Source of the DNA: a virus | Direction: 5' to 3' (one strand) | Length of the DNA stretch: 64,000 nt | IMG/VR virus record: IMGVR_UViG_3300045988_085064 | In this document: one piece after another, positions 54,235 through 64,000 of the stretch | Layout of the letters: every line of letters begins with the position of its first letter | Numbering within the stretch: the stretch's first letter is position 1 | Made by a program: the position numbers and the translations under genes | The notes under the pieces: generated by a model | Databases searched by the model: none | Told to the model about the DNA's origin: nothing | Seen by the model: the letters and a program-made list of their open reading frames with translations, nothing else

Positions 54235-54987
54235 TTAGCCCATTGGAAATGGCTCGTTTTCATCCATTGGATAATCAATAGAGCTGTTATCCGCAAGCTG
54301 ATTAACGAGGTCATCACCAGCATGAGCCTCATCAAAATATAGCTCAAGAGTAAGTAGCGTCGGCTTGTTATCGCCATATGCGTTGATTGCATTTTGATAA
54401 GCCAACAGCTTGAATGGTCTGCCACCTAAAATATATCTGGTATTTAACTTAAATAGCCTATATACGTCCTCATTACCCTGAACCATAACAACGGCATGAT
54501 TGTTTGGCGTAATAATAGGCGTACTTACCTTTGCTGATGGTGATTGCGTATTATATTCAATAACGCATGGTGCGCTAAAGATTACGTCATTGACCCCATC
54601 TTTAATCCGCATCACATTATTGCAACGGCGCACACCAACACCACGGGGCAAGCCATCAAATTTACCTGAATCGTGGACAATCCACACATTATTATCGAAC
54701 TTGTAATACAGTCCACGCACAACAAAATGGTCAATATCTCTAAATATTAGCTGTAAAAAATCAATCGTATCTTTTTGTCCGGTCGATGTAGTTGCCACAG
54801 TAGGAGCAACCCATGCCTCTACAACATTATATTCATTAGACCCTATTCCATTTTGTTCTAACAATTCACCGCCATTCTCAGGTGTTTTAGCAGACGTGTT
54901 ATCCCACTGCGCGTTTATATATTCCTGTGTCAAATCGCGGTAATAATCATTGGGGTTTGATTGATATTGAAACATCTCATATACCAT
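54235..54987 (-). CDS. hypothetical head-tail module protein
   Basis: ATG 54987 follows AAAGGATGGGTGA and abuts the upstream stop. Confidence 0.45.
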   Translation of the reverse strand: MVYEMFQYQSNPNDYYRDLTQEYINAQWDNTSAKTPENGGELLEQNGIGSNEYNVVEAWVAPTVATTSTGQKDTIDFLQLIFRDIDHFVVRGLYYKFDNNVWIVHDSGKFDGLPRGVGVRRCNNVMRIKDGVNDVIFSAPCVIEYNTQSPSAKVSTPIITPNNHAVVMVQGNEDVYRLFKLNTRYILGGRPFKLLAYQNAINAYGDNKPTLLTLELYFDEAHAGDDLVNQLADNSSIDYPMDENEPFPMG

Positions 54988-54988
54988 A

Positions 54989-55255
54989 TCAATCACCCAT
55001 CCTTTCAATCCTGTTCGTCATGCGTAGTACGCATGAACGAATAATAGGATGAGTAAGCTCAAGCCCCATCTTACTTAGTCCTGCTAATGTATCAGCGATT
55101 TCACCATCAACCGCCCTAAATCGCACAGATAGCCGCTTACAATATGCTGTATAGTCGGCTTCTTCGATTGTTGGCTCAAGACTGGTCAAATCTTCAAACA
55201 GCAACAAGACTTTATATAAAGCATGAATTTTATCTCGTTTATCTGTTCTACTCAT
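54989..55255 (-). CDS. hypothetical protein
   Basis: 88-aa ORF. Confidence 0.45.
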   Translation of the reverse strand: MSRTDKRDKIHALYKVLLLFEDLTSLEPTIEEADYTAYCKRLSVRFRAVDGEIADTLAGLSKMGLELTHPIIRSCVLRMTNRIERMGD

Positions 55256-55269
55256 ATATCCACCCCTCT

Positions 55270-55710
55270 TTAATAATTATAGGAGGATAGATATAAGAGC
55301 TGGTATTTATCATGAATGAGCCTATCTACATCTTCTTCTAGCTTATCAATGACGTTCTGTTTTTCTTTGAAATTCTGTGAGGATACGCCATCCATCTGAA
55401 AAGAGGATGGAACTTTAAGTTTTTGTGCAATCTGTGTTGCTACGTCCGTCTCGCCGCGCCACCAGTAAATTACCCAATATTCGGCAAGAATCTGAATCTC
55501 TAAATTTGTTAAATCTTCGTCAAATTGTCTAAGCTCTGAATCATATGTTAATGGTTGCTCACATTCTATAAACTTCGCGGCTGAACTAATGACCCATCCA
55601 TCAATCTTGTCATGAAATAAGGCGATATTCGCGTCATATAGCTTGCGCAGTTTATAGTCATCAATTACACTTAATGCTCTTTGCCCAATAACATCAAATG
55701 ATGTTGCCAT
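55270..55710 (-). CDS. possible head-tail connector protein
   Basis: 146 aa. Call rests on position downstream of the capsid gene. Confidence 0.4.
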   Translation of the reverse strand: MATSFDVIGQRALSVIDDYKLRKLYDANIALFHDKIDGWVISSAAKFIECEQPLTYDSELRQFDEDLTNLEIQILAEYWVIYWWRGETDVATQIAQKLKVPSSFQMDGVSSQNFKEKQNVIDKLEEDVDRLIHDKYQLLYLSSYNY

Positions 55711-55716
55711 AATTTA

Positions 55717-56364
55717 TCACTCCTCTTCGAGGGGTTCAATATCAATTAGATTTTTACCACTAAGCTCACCAAGTTTTACTAGAACATTGGCGTCAACGTG
55801 CTTTCCGTCCATAACTGAATTTGCAATCATATCTGTAATAATTTTCTTCTGTTGATCTGAACATTGTTTGTAAATTTCACAAATATCATCCACATTCTTA
55901 GTAAGAAGGTTTTTTAGTTGCTCATCACTTAGAATATTACGATAAATTTCATCCAAATCACAATCATCAACGAATTTTTTGTCTGCAATATATACCATGC
56001 CGCTAGATATAGTTTCTGGCATATTATTAACAACAGCAAGTGCTTCAGACTCAGGAATCATTTTATATTTAAATTGTCCTTCAATTCTATGGAATCTAGT
56101 ACCACGCAAATTCAAATTGCCAGAACACAGATTGATAAATTTAATATTGCGAATGGATTTTTCAGACTTCTGCTCATCTAATTTTTTACCATCTGCTTGA
56201 GCTTGCATGAGAACTTTCATCTGTACCATCATTTCAGACATCTGCTTCTGTTGTTCTGCAAGTTGTGCTCTTAGCTGTTCCTTTTCGGCATCAACGACAG
56301 GTGTTTCAGTCTGCTTGATTGTCTTGGTAGTCGTAGTGGATTTAGTGTTTGTAGTATTTGCCAT
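55717..56364 (-). CDS. hypothetical protein with N-terminal coiled coil
   Basis: 215 aa. Confidence 0.45.
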   Translation of the reverse strand: MANTTNTKSTTTTKTIKQTETPVVDAEKEQLRAQLAEQQKQMSEMMVQMKVLMQAQADGKKLDEQKSEKSIRNIKFINLCSGNLNLRGTRFHRIEGQFKYKMIPESEALAVVNNMPETISSGMVYIADKKFVDDCDLDEIYRNILSDEQLKNLLTKNVDDICEIYKQCSDQQKKIITDMIANSVMDGKHVDANVLVKLGELSGKNLIDIEPLEEE

Positions 56365-56401
56365 TCCTTTTATTTTCCTTTCTAATTTCCAATTTTAAAT
56401 A

Positions 56402-56424
56402 GAGAGGGGCTATTAACCCCTCTC
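56402..56424 (-). terminator. hairpin (attenuator/terminator) after the capsid gene
   Basis: GAGAGGGG pairs with CCCCTCTC (8 bp, 7-nt loop). The trailing U run is weak. Confidence 0.5.
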
Positions 56425-56433
56425 AGAAAAATA

Positions 56434-57525
56434 TTATTCAGTGATGGTATAGCAACCAGCAAACTGAGCACCAACAAATTCCATACCATAATTCTTACGC
56501 ATGGTGAAATTCTGAGTAAGATCAGCATTCTCATAGAACTGGTTGCTATTGGTTAGAGTCGTAGACATTGCGCCCACAACTAGCTTGGAGCCAACAGGAG
56601 ACACGACATATAGCTTATTGTCAGCAAGAGCTAGACCATAATCAGAGCCAGTTGGCATCTGGGGTAGCTCATAAAGAGCAAAGCCATAGAAATCACGGAG
56701 AACGTGAACAGCGCCACCATTGGCATCATAAGTGCCACGATAGCCCATAGTGCTATCAGGTAGAACATTGGATAGAGCAGCAGCAGTACCCATGATAATT
56801 GGCTTAATGCCATTGTTATAAGCCTGAACGCGTTGTGCTAGAGCAATGAGCTTCTTGGCATCAAACGCAGCATTTTCAAGGAACGCCTGGGGATAAGATG
56901 CGCCAGCTAGACCAGCATCAAGAGCAGATACTGCCATCTTCTGCATATCAATCTCAATGGAAAGAACAATAGCGCGAACGAAATCAGCAATATCTTCCTT
57001 GCCAGCCATTACACGGTACATATCTACATAAGTAGTGATGATGCGCTCCTGCATAGGAATGATTACATCGCCAGCAAACTTTTTCTGACGGAAAGTGGTA
57101 CGCTCACCGGTGCCGCCAGCAGATACAGTGTAAAGAGTACGAGGCAGAACCTTTACCTTTACAATATCACCAATACCAGCCATCCGAAGATCAACAAATG
57201 GAGCAAGAGACTCAGTGACATATGCAGGAAGAACTGCATTAACTAATGCGTTGATGACGGCGAAGTTTGCCCAGCGAACCATAGGATTGGCAGACCAAGC
57301 GTCGGTATTGTCAGCGTTACGAACACAATTAGAAAGACGCTCAACCTCTGCAAAATATGCCGCATTGACCTTATCATGCTTTTCAGACAGAAGAATGCTA
57401 GAATCATAAGCCCCTAGCTTACGACCCTGCTCGACATCAGACTTGTGGAAATGATAATCCATGAACTGCTCATAGAACTTAGTGTTGCCAGCAGAAAAAG
57501 CAACAATCTCTTTACTTAGATTCAT
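56434..57525 (-). CDS. major capsid protein
   Basis: 363 aa. Supported by position, size and abundant-protein codon bias. Followed by a hairpin. Confidence 0.7.
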   Translation of the reverse strand: MNLSKEIVAFSAGNTKFYEQFMDYHFHKSDVEQGRKLGAYDSSILLSEKHDKVNAAYFAEVERLSNCVRNADNTDAWSANPMVRWANFAVINALVNAVLPAYVTESLAPFVDLRMAGIGDIVKVKVLPRTLYTVSAGGTGERTTFRQKKFAGDVIIPMQERIITTYVDMYRVMAGKEDIADFVRAIVLSIEIDMQKMAVSALDAGLAGASYPQAFLENAAFDAKKLIALAQRVQAYNNGIKPIIMGTAAALSNVLPDSTMGYRGTYDANGGAVHVLRDFYGFALYELPQMPTGSDYGLALADNKLYVVSPVGSKLVVGAMSTTLTNSNQFYENADLTQNFTMRKNYGMEFVGAQFAGCYTITE

Positions 57526-57560
57526 AATATATATCTCCTTTACTTATTTATTAAATTTAA

Positions 57561-58082
57561 TTAGTTACGGGCGCACTTGAGAATCCAAGTAGGAACAGCT
57601 TCAATACCAATATCAACGGTATGCTCAGCCTCAATGGTAAAATAAGTACCAGAAGCAGGAGCACTAGCAGCTGCAACCAGACGGCCATCAGTACCAACAG
57701 AGGCAACAGTAGCACTGGCAACAGTCTTGGGGTCCTTAGAAACGGCAAACGCAGAAGCGGGAACCTCAATGAAAGTGCGGCCAGCAGTTAGACCCTTGAT
57801 GGAAAATGCGCTGCCCTTGGGGTTATAGAAATAACGGGGGTCGCTCATCTCCTGCATTTCAACAGTAGAGCCAACAGGAGGAATTTCGACAAGCCATAGA
57901 TCGGTAGCATTAGCAACGGGTAGTGCGCAAGCAAATTCATAGCCGCCATCGGTCTTTAGACCAAGAGCGCCACGAGTAACAAACTGACCATTGTCTAGGT
58001 CAACAGTAGCAACGCCAGCACAGTTGATGGCGTCATTCTGCCAATCATCAAGAGTGCGGATAACAAAAGAGTGATTATTCAT
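57561..58082 (-). CDS. possible head decoration / auxiliary capsid protein
   Basis: 173 aa, directly upstream of the capsid gene, with the same codon bias. Confidence 0.4.
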   Translation of the reverse strand: MNNHSFVIRTLDDWQNDAINCAGVATVDLDNGQFVTRGALGLKTDGGYEFACALPVANATDLWLVEIPPVGSTVEMQEMSDPRYFYNPKGSAFSIKGLTAGRTFIEVPASAFAVSKDPKTVASATVASVGTDGRLVAAASAPASGTYFTIEAEHTVDIGIEAVPTWILKCARN

Positions 58083-58117
58083 AATATATTTGTCTCCTTT
58101 TTAATCAATTTTAGTTT

Positions 58118-59617
58118 TTAGTCCCATAGACTAGTTCTTTTCTTGCCCTCGATTGGGGCCGCAAATGAAAACACGTCAGATTTTTCTTTCTTATTTACTT
58201 TCTTAGCCACAGAGAAACAACACGCTTTAACCTTATTGCTCCAAGCGTCAACTTCTTCAAACTTACATTCAAGACCCTCTTGACGAAGCTGCTTATATGC
58301 GTCATCCGCTAGATAATCCTTGCATTCTGTCATTACGGATTCTACACAAATAGCCTTTTCCTTGTCCTCTACATCTTTCTTAAACTGACGTAGCGTCTCA
58401 AGCTCAGAATTTTGACCCATGATGATATTGTCTCTATCTTCAATATCTTTTTCAAGTTGCGCAATACGAGCCTTCATTTCGTCCGCAGACATTTCTTCCT
58501 CATGCACATCATCGTCATGCTCGTCACAATCGTCACAGTTCGGTTCTTCCGCCTTAACCTCAATCTCTGGCTCGGCCATTTCTTCTTTCTTTTCTTCAAG
58601 AGTGGATTCAGCCTCAACCTCGGTAGCGGCAAGTTCTTTAATCTCTTCCATTTTAGCCTCCTCCTTTCTTTCAGAATCGTCATCAAGGTCTAACTTCTTA
58701 TAGATAGCCTTAATTTTATTTACAACCTCAGTCTCATCATTCTGCTTTGCATATGCTAGCGCAGATGATAGAGCGTTTCGGTTATAGATGAATTTGTCAC
58801 CATCAAGCATCATAACTGGGTACTTGAGGTGTTCAGATGGCACATCTTTCCAACCATCTTCTACAAGTAGATATACAGATTTTACAAGTGTGTCACGATT
58901 CTTAGCTTCCATGATCTTATCTCTCATAGCTGCCTTGTCGTAATCGCCCCAATCAGCCGTAGACATGACTTCTTTTGACTTGTCAATCTTGTATGTTTTC
59001 TTTTCAGCCATTGATTGTTTCCTTTCTTCGACAAATTGCTTTAGATTAGATAGAGAATCAGATTTAGCAAAATAAGCATCCGCATCTTCAGTAGAAAATC
59101 TAACCATTTTAATATCTGCATCTGGGCAACTGCCGTTTATGGCCTTCCCAAGTACAGTTAGCCCAAAAATGTCTAGCGCTACTACCTTGCCTTCATCCTC
59201 ATCATTATCTGTTGTTACTGTCATTTCGACAGAGCTATTGCGAAGATTATCAAACTCAAAGATATTGTTTAGTTCCTTGCTATAGTGTTTACTTACAACC
59301 GCATAAGCATATGCTTTAGTAACGCCATCTTCCTCAACAAACTCAATCTCTTGTTCGCGTGGAAAATAGCCATATTGAATTTCTGATGGTAGGTGCGTAG
59401 TTGCATCGCCATTCTGTATTTTCGCCACAAGCATATTGCCAAGAATAGATTGAGCGTCGCGCCGCAGTACATCATTGCTAATATCTAATTTATGTGAATT
59501 TGGCTTAGTGCTTAGAAAGCAACACTTAAACACAGTAAATTTATGCTCTGGATAATTATCACACCATTCAGGATATTCAACAGCGTCTTCAAGCTGAAAT
59601 TTTACATCTTTCTGCAA
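58118..59617 (-). CDS. scaffold / prohead-protease-like protein
   Basis: 499 aa. The C-terminal half is an acidic coiled coil. TTG start after AAGGAGGAAG. Confidence 0.45.
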   Translation of the reverse strand: MQKDVKFQLEDAVEYPEWCDNYPEHKFTVFKCCFLSTKPNSHKLDISNDVLRRDAQSILGNMLVAKIQNGDATTHLPSEIQYGYFPREQEIEFVEEDGVTKAYAYAVVSKHYSKELNNIFEFDNLRNSSVEMTVTTDNDEDEGKVVALDIFGLTVLGKAINGSCPDADIKMVRFSTEDADAYFAKSDSLSNLKQFVEERKQSMAEKKTYKIDKSKEVMSTADWGDYDKAAMRDKIMEAKNRDTLVKSVYLLVEDGWKDVPSEHLKYPVMMLDGDKFIYNRNALSSALAYAKQNDETEVVNKIKAIYKKLDLDDDSERKEEAKMEEIKELAATEVEAESTLEEKKEEMAEPEIEVKAEEPNCDDCDEHDDDVHEEEMSADEMKARIAQLEKDIEDRDNIIMGQNSELETLRQFKKDVEDKEKAICVESVMTECKDYLADDAYKQLRQEGLECKFEEVDAWSNKVKACCFSVAKKVNKKEKSDVFSFAAPIEGKKRTSLWD

Positions 59618-59654
59618 TTATCTTCCTCCTTTCTTCAAGGATGGTAATATATGG

Positions 59655-60074
59655 TTAATTGACATCTTGTGAATCAACACCAGTATAGTCAACAGACCAC
59701 GTTTTCATTTCCTCAATAAGCCCCTTAGTATAATGATTCTTTTGCAGCTTATTGACATAAATATCCTCAATCTGTAGCATGTGCATCTTTTCATAATATG
59801 GTAGTGTCTTGGTGCCCATATATCTATAGAATATATTCTTAATTTCACCACGACACGCCTCGGTTGTATATGCTACAGTTGCATCTAGCTTACTCTCAAT
59901 TCTCTTGAGCGTCGCTTTGAGGGCATTTTGCTTTAATTTATCATCTTGTTCGCTCTGATATTTTTTTAGAGCATTCGCAATATATAGTTTAATAGGTTTG
60001 CAACATAGGGTAATAACCGCTGCCAAAGAAAGGATTGCTCCTAAAATTGCGGCAATGTTCTTGACTGTTTCCAA
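59655..60074 (-). CDS. membrane-anchored protein
   Basis: N-terminal TM IAAILGAILSLAAVITLCC. TTG start after AAAGGAGGTG. Confidence 0.45.
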   Translation of the reverse strand: METVKNIAAILGAILSLAAVITLCCKPIKLYIANALKKYQSEQDDKLKQNALKATLKRIESKLDATVAYTTEACRGEIKNIFYRYMGTKTLPYYEKMHMLQIEDIYVNKLQKNHYTKGLIEEMKTWSVDYTGVDSQDVN

Positions 60075-60099
60075 TCATAGACACCTCCTTTCTAGCGTA

Positions 60100-60276
60100 T
60101 TATCCTTCTATTCCGTTCTTATTTAACCATTTTAGCAATTTTGCGTTTCGCTTATAATAATGCGCGTCCTCATCTAGGTATTTAGCAGAAAATCCAGCTC
60201 TATCTAATTCCCAAGCAAGGGTATCATCAGCAATAAAATAATCTTCTGGATTCTTTGGGATTCCAAGGATAATCAT
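60100..60276 (-). CDS. hypothetical small protein
   Basis: ATG 60276 follows GGAGGA, with an ATGA overlap to the upstream stop. Confidence 0.4.
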   Translation of the reverse strand: MIILGIPKNPEDYFIADDTLAWELDRAGFSAKYLDEDAHYYKRNAKLLKWLNKNGIEG

Positions 60277-60785
60277 TGATAATCCTCCAAGCCAACAATT
60301 CCCCAACTATCAATATGACGGTCATATTCGTCATATTCTGTTGGCATTTGTTTGGCTTTGTCATCCAATAGAATAATCTGCGCTACAACTTTATTCATAT
60401 CCTGCATAAGCTCTTGTAGCATAGCATTGGCGTTAAAATCTTTTTCTTCTTTTGCGATATAATACGTCTGCTTAATAACTTGATATAGGTCAACCGTTTC
60501 TCTAAGCATAGTATCCATCATTTGCTCAAGATTATCATACTCGCGCTTATCGCCGCGAGTCTCAGGATAATATGTAGTAATATTCCACTGATGCTTAAAA
60601 TCGCTTACAGCATCAGCCATAAGCGGCCAGAGATGCGCTAATTTGTGATGGATAATATTTGCCGCATTTGGCATAGCAAATTTTACTTCCATCCACGATA
60701 CGCAACGATCAAACGTGCGGTTCAACTGAAAATACTGCCCAACTAGAATATCTAGAGCTTCACTTGTTCTTTCTGATAACATCAT
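60273..60785 (-). CDS. hypothetical helical protein
   Basis: 170 aa. A ferritin/Dps-like helix-bundle impression only. Confidence 0.4.
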   Translation of the reverse strand: MMLSERTSEALDILVGQYFQLNRTFDRCVSWMEVKFAMPNAANIIHHKLAHLWPLMADAVSDFKHQWNITTYYPETRGDKREYDNLEQMMDTMLRETVDLYQVIKQTYYIAKEEKDFNANAMLQELMQDMNKVVAQIILLDDKAKQMPTEYDEYDRHIDSWGIVGLEDYQ

Positions 60786-60796
60786 AATATTTCACC

Positions 60797-62374
60797 TTAT
60801 TCTAATGAATCTCGGCTTGCTTCGCCCGATTCGGTAAGTGCGGTCGAATTTTCTCTGGGTCTACCACCCTCATTATCTGAGCCACCCTTAGTTGTATTGG
60901 TATTTTTCAAGAGCTGTGTATATTTATCAATCCAACCAGTATATTTACTCTCAGCCATCATTGCTTCAAATACCTGTGGCTGATAGCCAGATACAGACGC
61001 CCACGTCTGCATAGGTAGAACAATGCCAGAATCGGCCATTTTCTTCACTTTATCAAATCGAGCCTCGCGCTCAAATGGATAATTAGACCCGTCAAAAATA
61101 AATTTCCACTTGTATTTCTTTGTTAATTTATTTGCATAATATTCTACAAAATTAGCAAATTGATGATACATAGGGTGCATAGTCTGATACATATCATTAA
61201 GTCCAGCCTCAATCTCAGCATTGGACTGTCTATCAGAACTATAAATAACGCGGCTAATACCAGAACCAACACCAGCAGATGTGGCTAGTTGCGTTGAATA
61301 CATATCCGTATTCTTATCCTCAAATTGATAAAATTTTAAATTTTCAGTAGGCATTGCAGCAAGTCTAATTAAACTACCTAGTCCAGTTTTAGCTTTCTGC
61401 ATAAATCCGCCCAGGGTTTTTGGATCAATAGCAAACTGATTGGATTTAGTGCCAGATTTTGCATTGTCAAATAGACGAATTTCACCAGCCAAAATAGCAT
61501 AAGCTGAAGCCATATCTTTGTTATATTGAAGTTGCGCAATTTCATCATTTTGAATAGCATTCTTTAAGAATGGAGCAAGATATGGTGTTGTATTAAAGTT
61601 GGAAGAATCAAATTTAAATGCCCATGCCCCATCCTCAGGCGATGTCTGCGCCCATGTCGAATATGCACCATCACGCTTCCAAAGCGGGTTTGTAGGACGA
61701 TAATTTTTAATGGAATCTTCTTGAACCCCAAAAACACGCTGAAAATATTTCTTAAATGCTGGGTCATACGCATCAATATCAACACCAGCTTGTAAGAAAT
61801 AGTTCATATCAAAATCAAATAATAGACCCTTTTCCCAATATCCGGTTAGCAAACATCTGTCTTGAGGCAAAATTTGCAATGCAAATTTCATGCCCTTATT
61901 TCCCCATTTAGTTTTTCTAAACCATGTGAAATAAACCTCATGAGACATAATCTGTTGAATAACTTTTCTAAATTCATATTTATAATTAAATTTATTCAAA
62001 AAATCATAGATGCGCTTTTTATCTTCTTGATATCCATTTGATTCATAATCTGATTGTGTAAACGCATTGATGCAAACCGGCTCTAAATCAAAAGCAAGCG
62101 CATTTGCATAAGATTGTAATGTTCTAGCAAATATCATATCGAAAAACTTCATATATTCCATGTAGCCATGAATATTTTCTCCACTTTCACGATATGTACT
62201 CAATGCTTTTCTAATAGATTCTGATGTCGGTAGTCTTGGATTATTATTTAAACCTTGTAGCAACTCATTACTTGTATATGGCGACCAAAAACCAATTTGG
62301 TCATACGCATATAATGCTGTTGCAAAGTCAACAACATCTTTACTTTGTTCAAATGAAATTAGCGGTTCTGCCAA
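60797..62374 (-). CDS. portal protein
   Basis: 525 aa, directly downstream of the terminase. TTG start after AAAGGAGGG. Confidence 0.7.
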   Translation of the reverse strand: MAEPLISFEQSKDVVDFATALYAYDQIGFWSPYTSNELLQGLNNNPRLPTSESIRKALSTYRESGENIHGYMEYMKFFDMIFARTLQSYANALAFDLEPVCINAFTQSDYESNGYQEDKKRIYDFLNKFNYKYEFRKVIQQIMSHEVYFTWFRKTKWGNKGMKFALQILPQDRCLLTGYWEKGLLFDFDMNYFLQAGVDIDAYDPAFKKYFQRVFGVQEDSIKNYRPTNPLWKRDGAYSTWAQTSPEDGAWAFKFDSSNFNTTPYLAPFLKNAIQNDEIAQLQYNKDMASAYAILAGEIRLFDNAKSGTKSNQFAIDPKTLGGFMQKAKTGLGSLIRLAAMPTENLKFYQFEDKNTDMYSTQLATSAGVGSGISRVIYSSDRQSNAEIEAGLNDMYQTMHPMYHQFANFVEYYANKLTKKYKWKFIFDGSNYPFEREARFDKVKKMADSGIVLPMQTWASVSGYQPQVFEAMMAESKYTGWIDKYTQLLKNTNTTKGGSDNEGGRPRENSTALTESGEASRDSLE

Positions 62375-62494
62375 ATTTCGCCCTCCTTTCTTTGTTTTAT
62401 ATTTTGAGTATTTTTATTTTCTAGTTGGAACTTATAATCCTAATAATATCTCCACGGCAACACACCATCATAGTTGCCGCTCCATAGATAAATA

Positions 62495-64000
62495 CTAATA
62501 TACTAATTGAATGGAATCTATATCAAACTCATCTTCTTGTAACTGTTGTTGCCATGCGTTCTCAATCAAATCGATAATATGATTCCCATACATAATAGTT
62601 ACAATTCTATCCTTTGTGCCATTTCGTGGTTCTTCTAGCTTGATTTTATCTTGCTTGATAACCGTCTTTAGGTTGACCGCCTCTATGATTGTCATATCTG
62701 TTTGACCATATGGCTCAAGCTGATTAGCTAATTCCTCAGCTGTATATTTATAATATTCACCACTATCTGTTAGCTCGTTCTGATAATCTTGCATAGAAAT
62801 AAGAAATTTCATATTGTTAGTCTCAAGCTGTTTGCGCAATGACAACCAACCAGTAGAGTTTAGCTCTGGTGTGCCTATCACGGGTATAATAGCTGGAACT
62901 GCATCTTTGTCAACGACACGACTTCTGTAATCATCCAATTTTGCTTGTGGAACCATCTGGTATTTATCTGCAAGACCTAGTCCGTGCTTATTCCACCTCA
63001 ACCCTAATTCTGGCCAAGATAATGGCTCTGTCATATGGTTAAATAGAACTTCGCCACCTGAACGTCCATCAGGACATAGATAATCCGCATCATATACCCA
63101 CCATAAGTATCTTGCTCTGTCAGACGCGCCGATGGTATCAGATGCGTCATGACCTTCTATGTAATCAATATGACGCTCAAACCGATTTTTCTTTTTATCC
63201 CAATGCGCCGACATAAGCGTAATAATGGTATTGTCGTTCTTTGTACAACCAGTAGTGTTGGAAAATGCGTAGTCAACCACAACAAGCCGCACTTCATCTT
63301 CCTTTTTCTCTGGAAAATCAACCTGCTCACCAGAGAAAAAATCAAGGTAAGTAAGAGGTCTAAAACAATGCTGTAAAATTTGTGCCGTCTTGAATTGTTC
63401 ATATGTGAAAAACGCATCTTCAGCCTCACCAATCATTTGATTGAGGTCTTCCATTTTCCAGTCCATCTCAGACTCCGCTTTATCTTTACGATAATCAGCC
63501 CATGTTTTCAAGCGATTGTCTATTGCCATAAATATATCACCGGCAAACACATTATGATTAACACGCTTATCTACAAAATGCTGAGTGAACACATTCTTGA
63601 AAGAACGCCAAAACCATTCGTATTTGTATCTTGCAGACGTAATATAAATACGTTGACATTCTTCAATCCATCGTTTATTATTCCCATAAACAGGATTATC
63701 CATGTATTTAGCCTGTCTTGGATGTGGCATCTTTTCAAATACTGCATCAAGAATTGTCTTTTTAAGCAAACGCACCTCTTCATAAATAAGTAATGTTGCA
63801 CGTTCACCACGGCTTGCCTCAGTACACGGCAACACAACAATAGTTGAGCCATTCAGCTTATTTTCTATCTTTGTGCCATCATCTGGCTTTGTTATGACTA
63901 TATACTCATGCTCGTACATATATAGCAAATAGCTTGAGAGCTTTTTAATTATTTCATCACGTATCTTTTTATCAGCCAATTTATTAGCCTGTTGAACAGT
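62495..64000 (-). CDS. terL: terminase large subunit (partial; N-terminus beyond the window)
   Basis: The frame stays open to position 64000. C-terminal nuclease-domain-like sequence. Ends in TAG. Confidence 0.8.
   Translation of the reverse strand, partial: TVQQANKLADKKIRDEIIKKLSSYLLYMYEHEYIVITKPDDGTKIENKLNGSTIVVLPCTEASRGERATLLIYEEVRLLKKTILDAVFEKMPHPRQAKYMDNPVYGNNKRWIEECQRIYITSARYKYEWFWRSFKNVFTQHFVDKRVNHNVFAGDIFMAIDNRLKTWADYRKDKAESEMDWKMEDLNQMIGEAEDAFFTYEQFKTAQILQHCFRPLTYLDFFSGEQVDFPEKKEDEVRLVVVDYAFSNTTGCTKNDNTIITLMSAHWDKKKNRFERHIDYIEGHDASDTIGASDRARYLWWVYDADYLCPDGRSGGEVLFNHMTEPLSWPELGLRWNKHGLGLADKYQMVPQAKLDDYRSRVVDKDAVPAIIPVIGTPELNSTGWLSLRKQLETNNMKFLISMQDYQNELTDSGEYYKYTAEELANQLEPYGQTDMTIIEAVNLKTVIKQDKIKLEEPRNGTKDRIVTIMYGNHIIDLIENAWQQQLQEDEFDIDSIQLVY

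Noticed and set aside
51707-58082. Elevated GC in the capsid, decoration and tail-tube genes as possible foreign DNA.
   Set aside because: The rise is moderate and restricted to the most abundant virion proteins. The pattern looks like translational codon bias rather than a sharp-edged island such as 40637-41700.
62375-62494. Hairpin CGGCAAC-N11-GTTGCCG between terL and the portal gene as a terminator or pac-related site.
   Set aside because: It is a single 7-bp stem without a U run and without repeats. The evidence is insufficient to call any function.
1-64000. Genome-wide stop-codon reassignment (TAG or TGA recoding, as in some gut phages).
   Set aside because: All large structural, lysis and replication genes are intact under the standard code. 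TGA and TAA terminate most genes. Only three in-frame stops in two genes are anomalous, so any recoding must be local.

Overview
This 64-kb window looks like a low-GC, Firmicutes/Clostridia-type siphovirus-like phage or prophage. Everything below was read by eye, with no tools. Two convergent arms meet at a 15-bp-stem bidirectional terminator (32747-32783).

The plus-strand arm (1-32.7 kb) carries small early genes, then a roughly 3.5-kb protein-poor RNA locus (2.6-6.1 kb). That locus has four consensus sigma70-type promoters, 2-3 tRNAs and long, apparently structured RNAs. After it come HU and a tyrosine recombinase, followed by replication and recombination genes: a beta-CASP/MBL nuclease, DnaE, a Sak4-like ATPase, an SSB-like protein, DnaB, primase, a RecJ-like protein, Dam and a RecD-like helicase. 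The arm ends with nucleotide metabolism genes: a HAD phosphatase, a class II RNR, a ThyX-like protein and dUTPase.

The minus-strand arm (32.8-64 kb) carries endolysin, holin, tail fibres and baseplate, tape measure, tail tube, head-tail genes, capsid, portal and the large terminase, which runs off the window.

The most interesting observations are:
1. The tape-measure gene is split into three exons by two paralogous group-I-like introns. One carries a homing-endonuclease-like ORF. The other carries its own consensus promoter and two membrane micro-ORFs.
2. The multi-promoter tRNA/structured-RNA locus may hold ROOL/GOLLD-class or novel RNAs, and includes an atypical long-variable-arm tRNA with formal anticodon UAU.
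3. A sliding-clamp-like gene just upstream of dnaE needs a +1 shift at an A6 tract and read-through of two in-frame UAG codons. A second gene has an in-frame UGA.
4. There is a family of 13 near-identical promoters. Three of them embed a sequence complementary to the downstream Shine-Dalgarno, and one sits in a terminator loop.
5. A high-GC cassette replaces the C-terminal half of a tail fibre and adds two small downstream genes.
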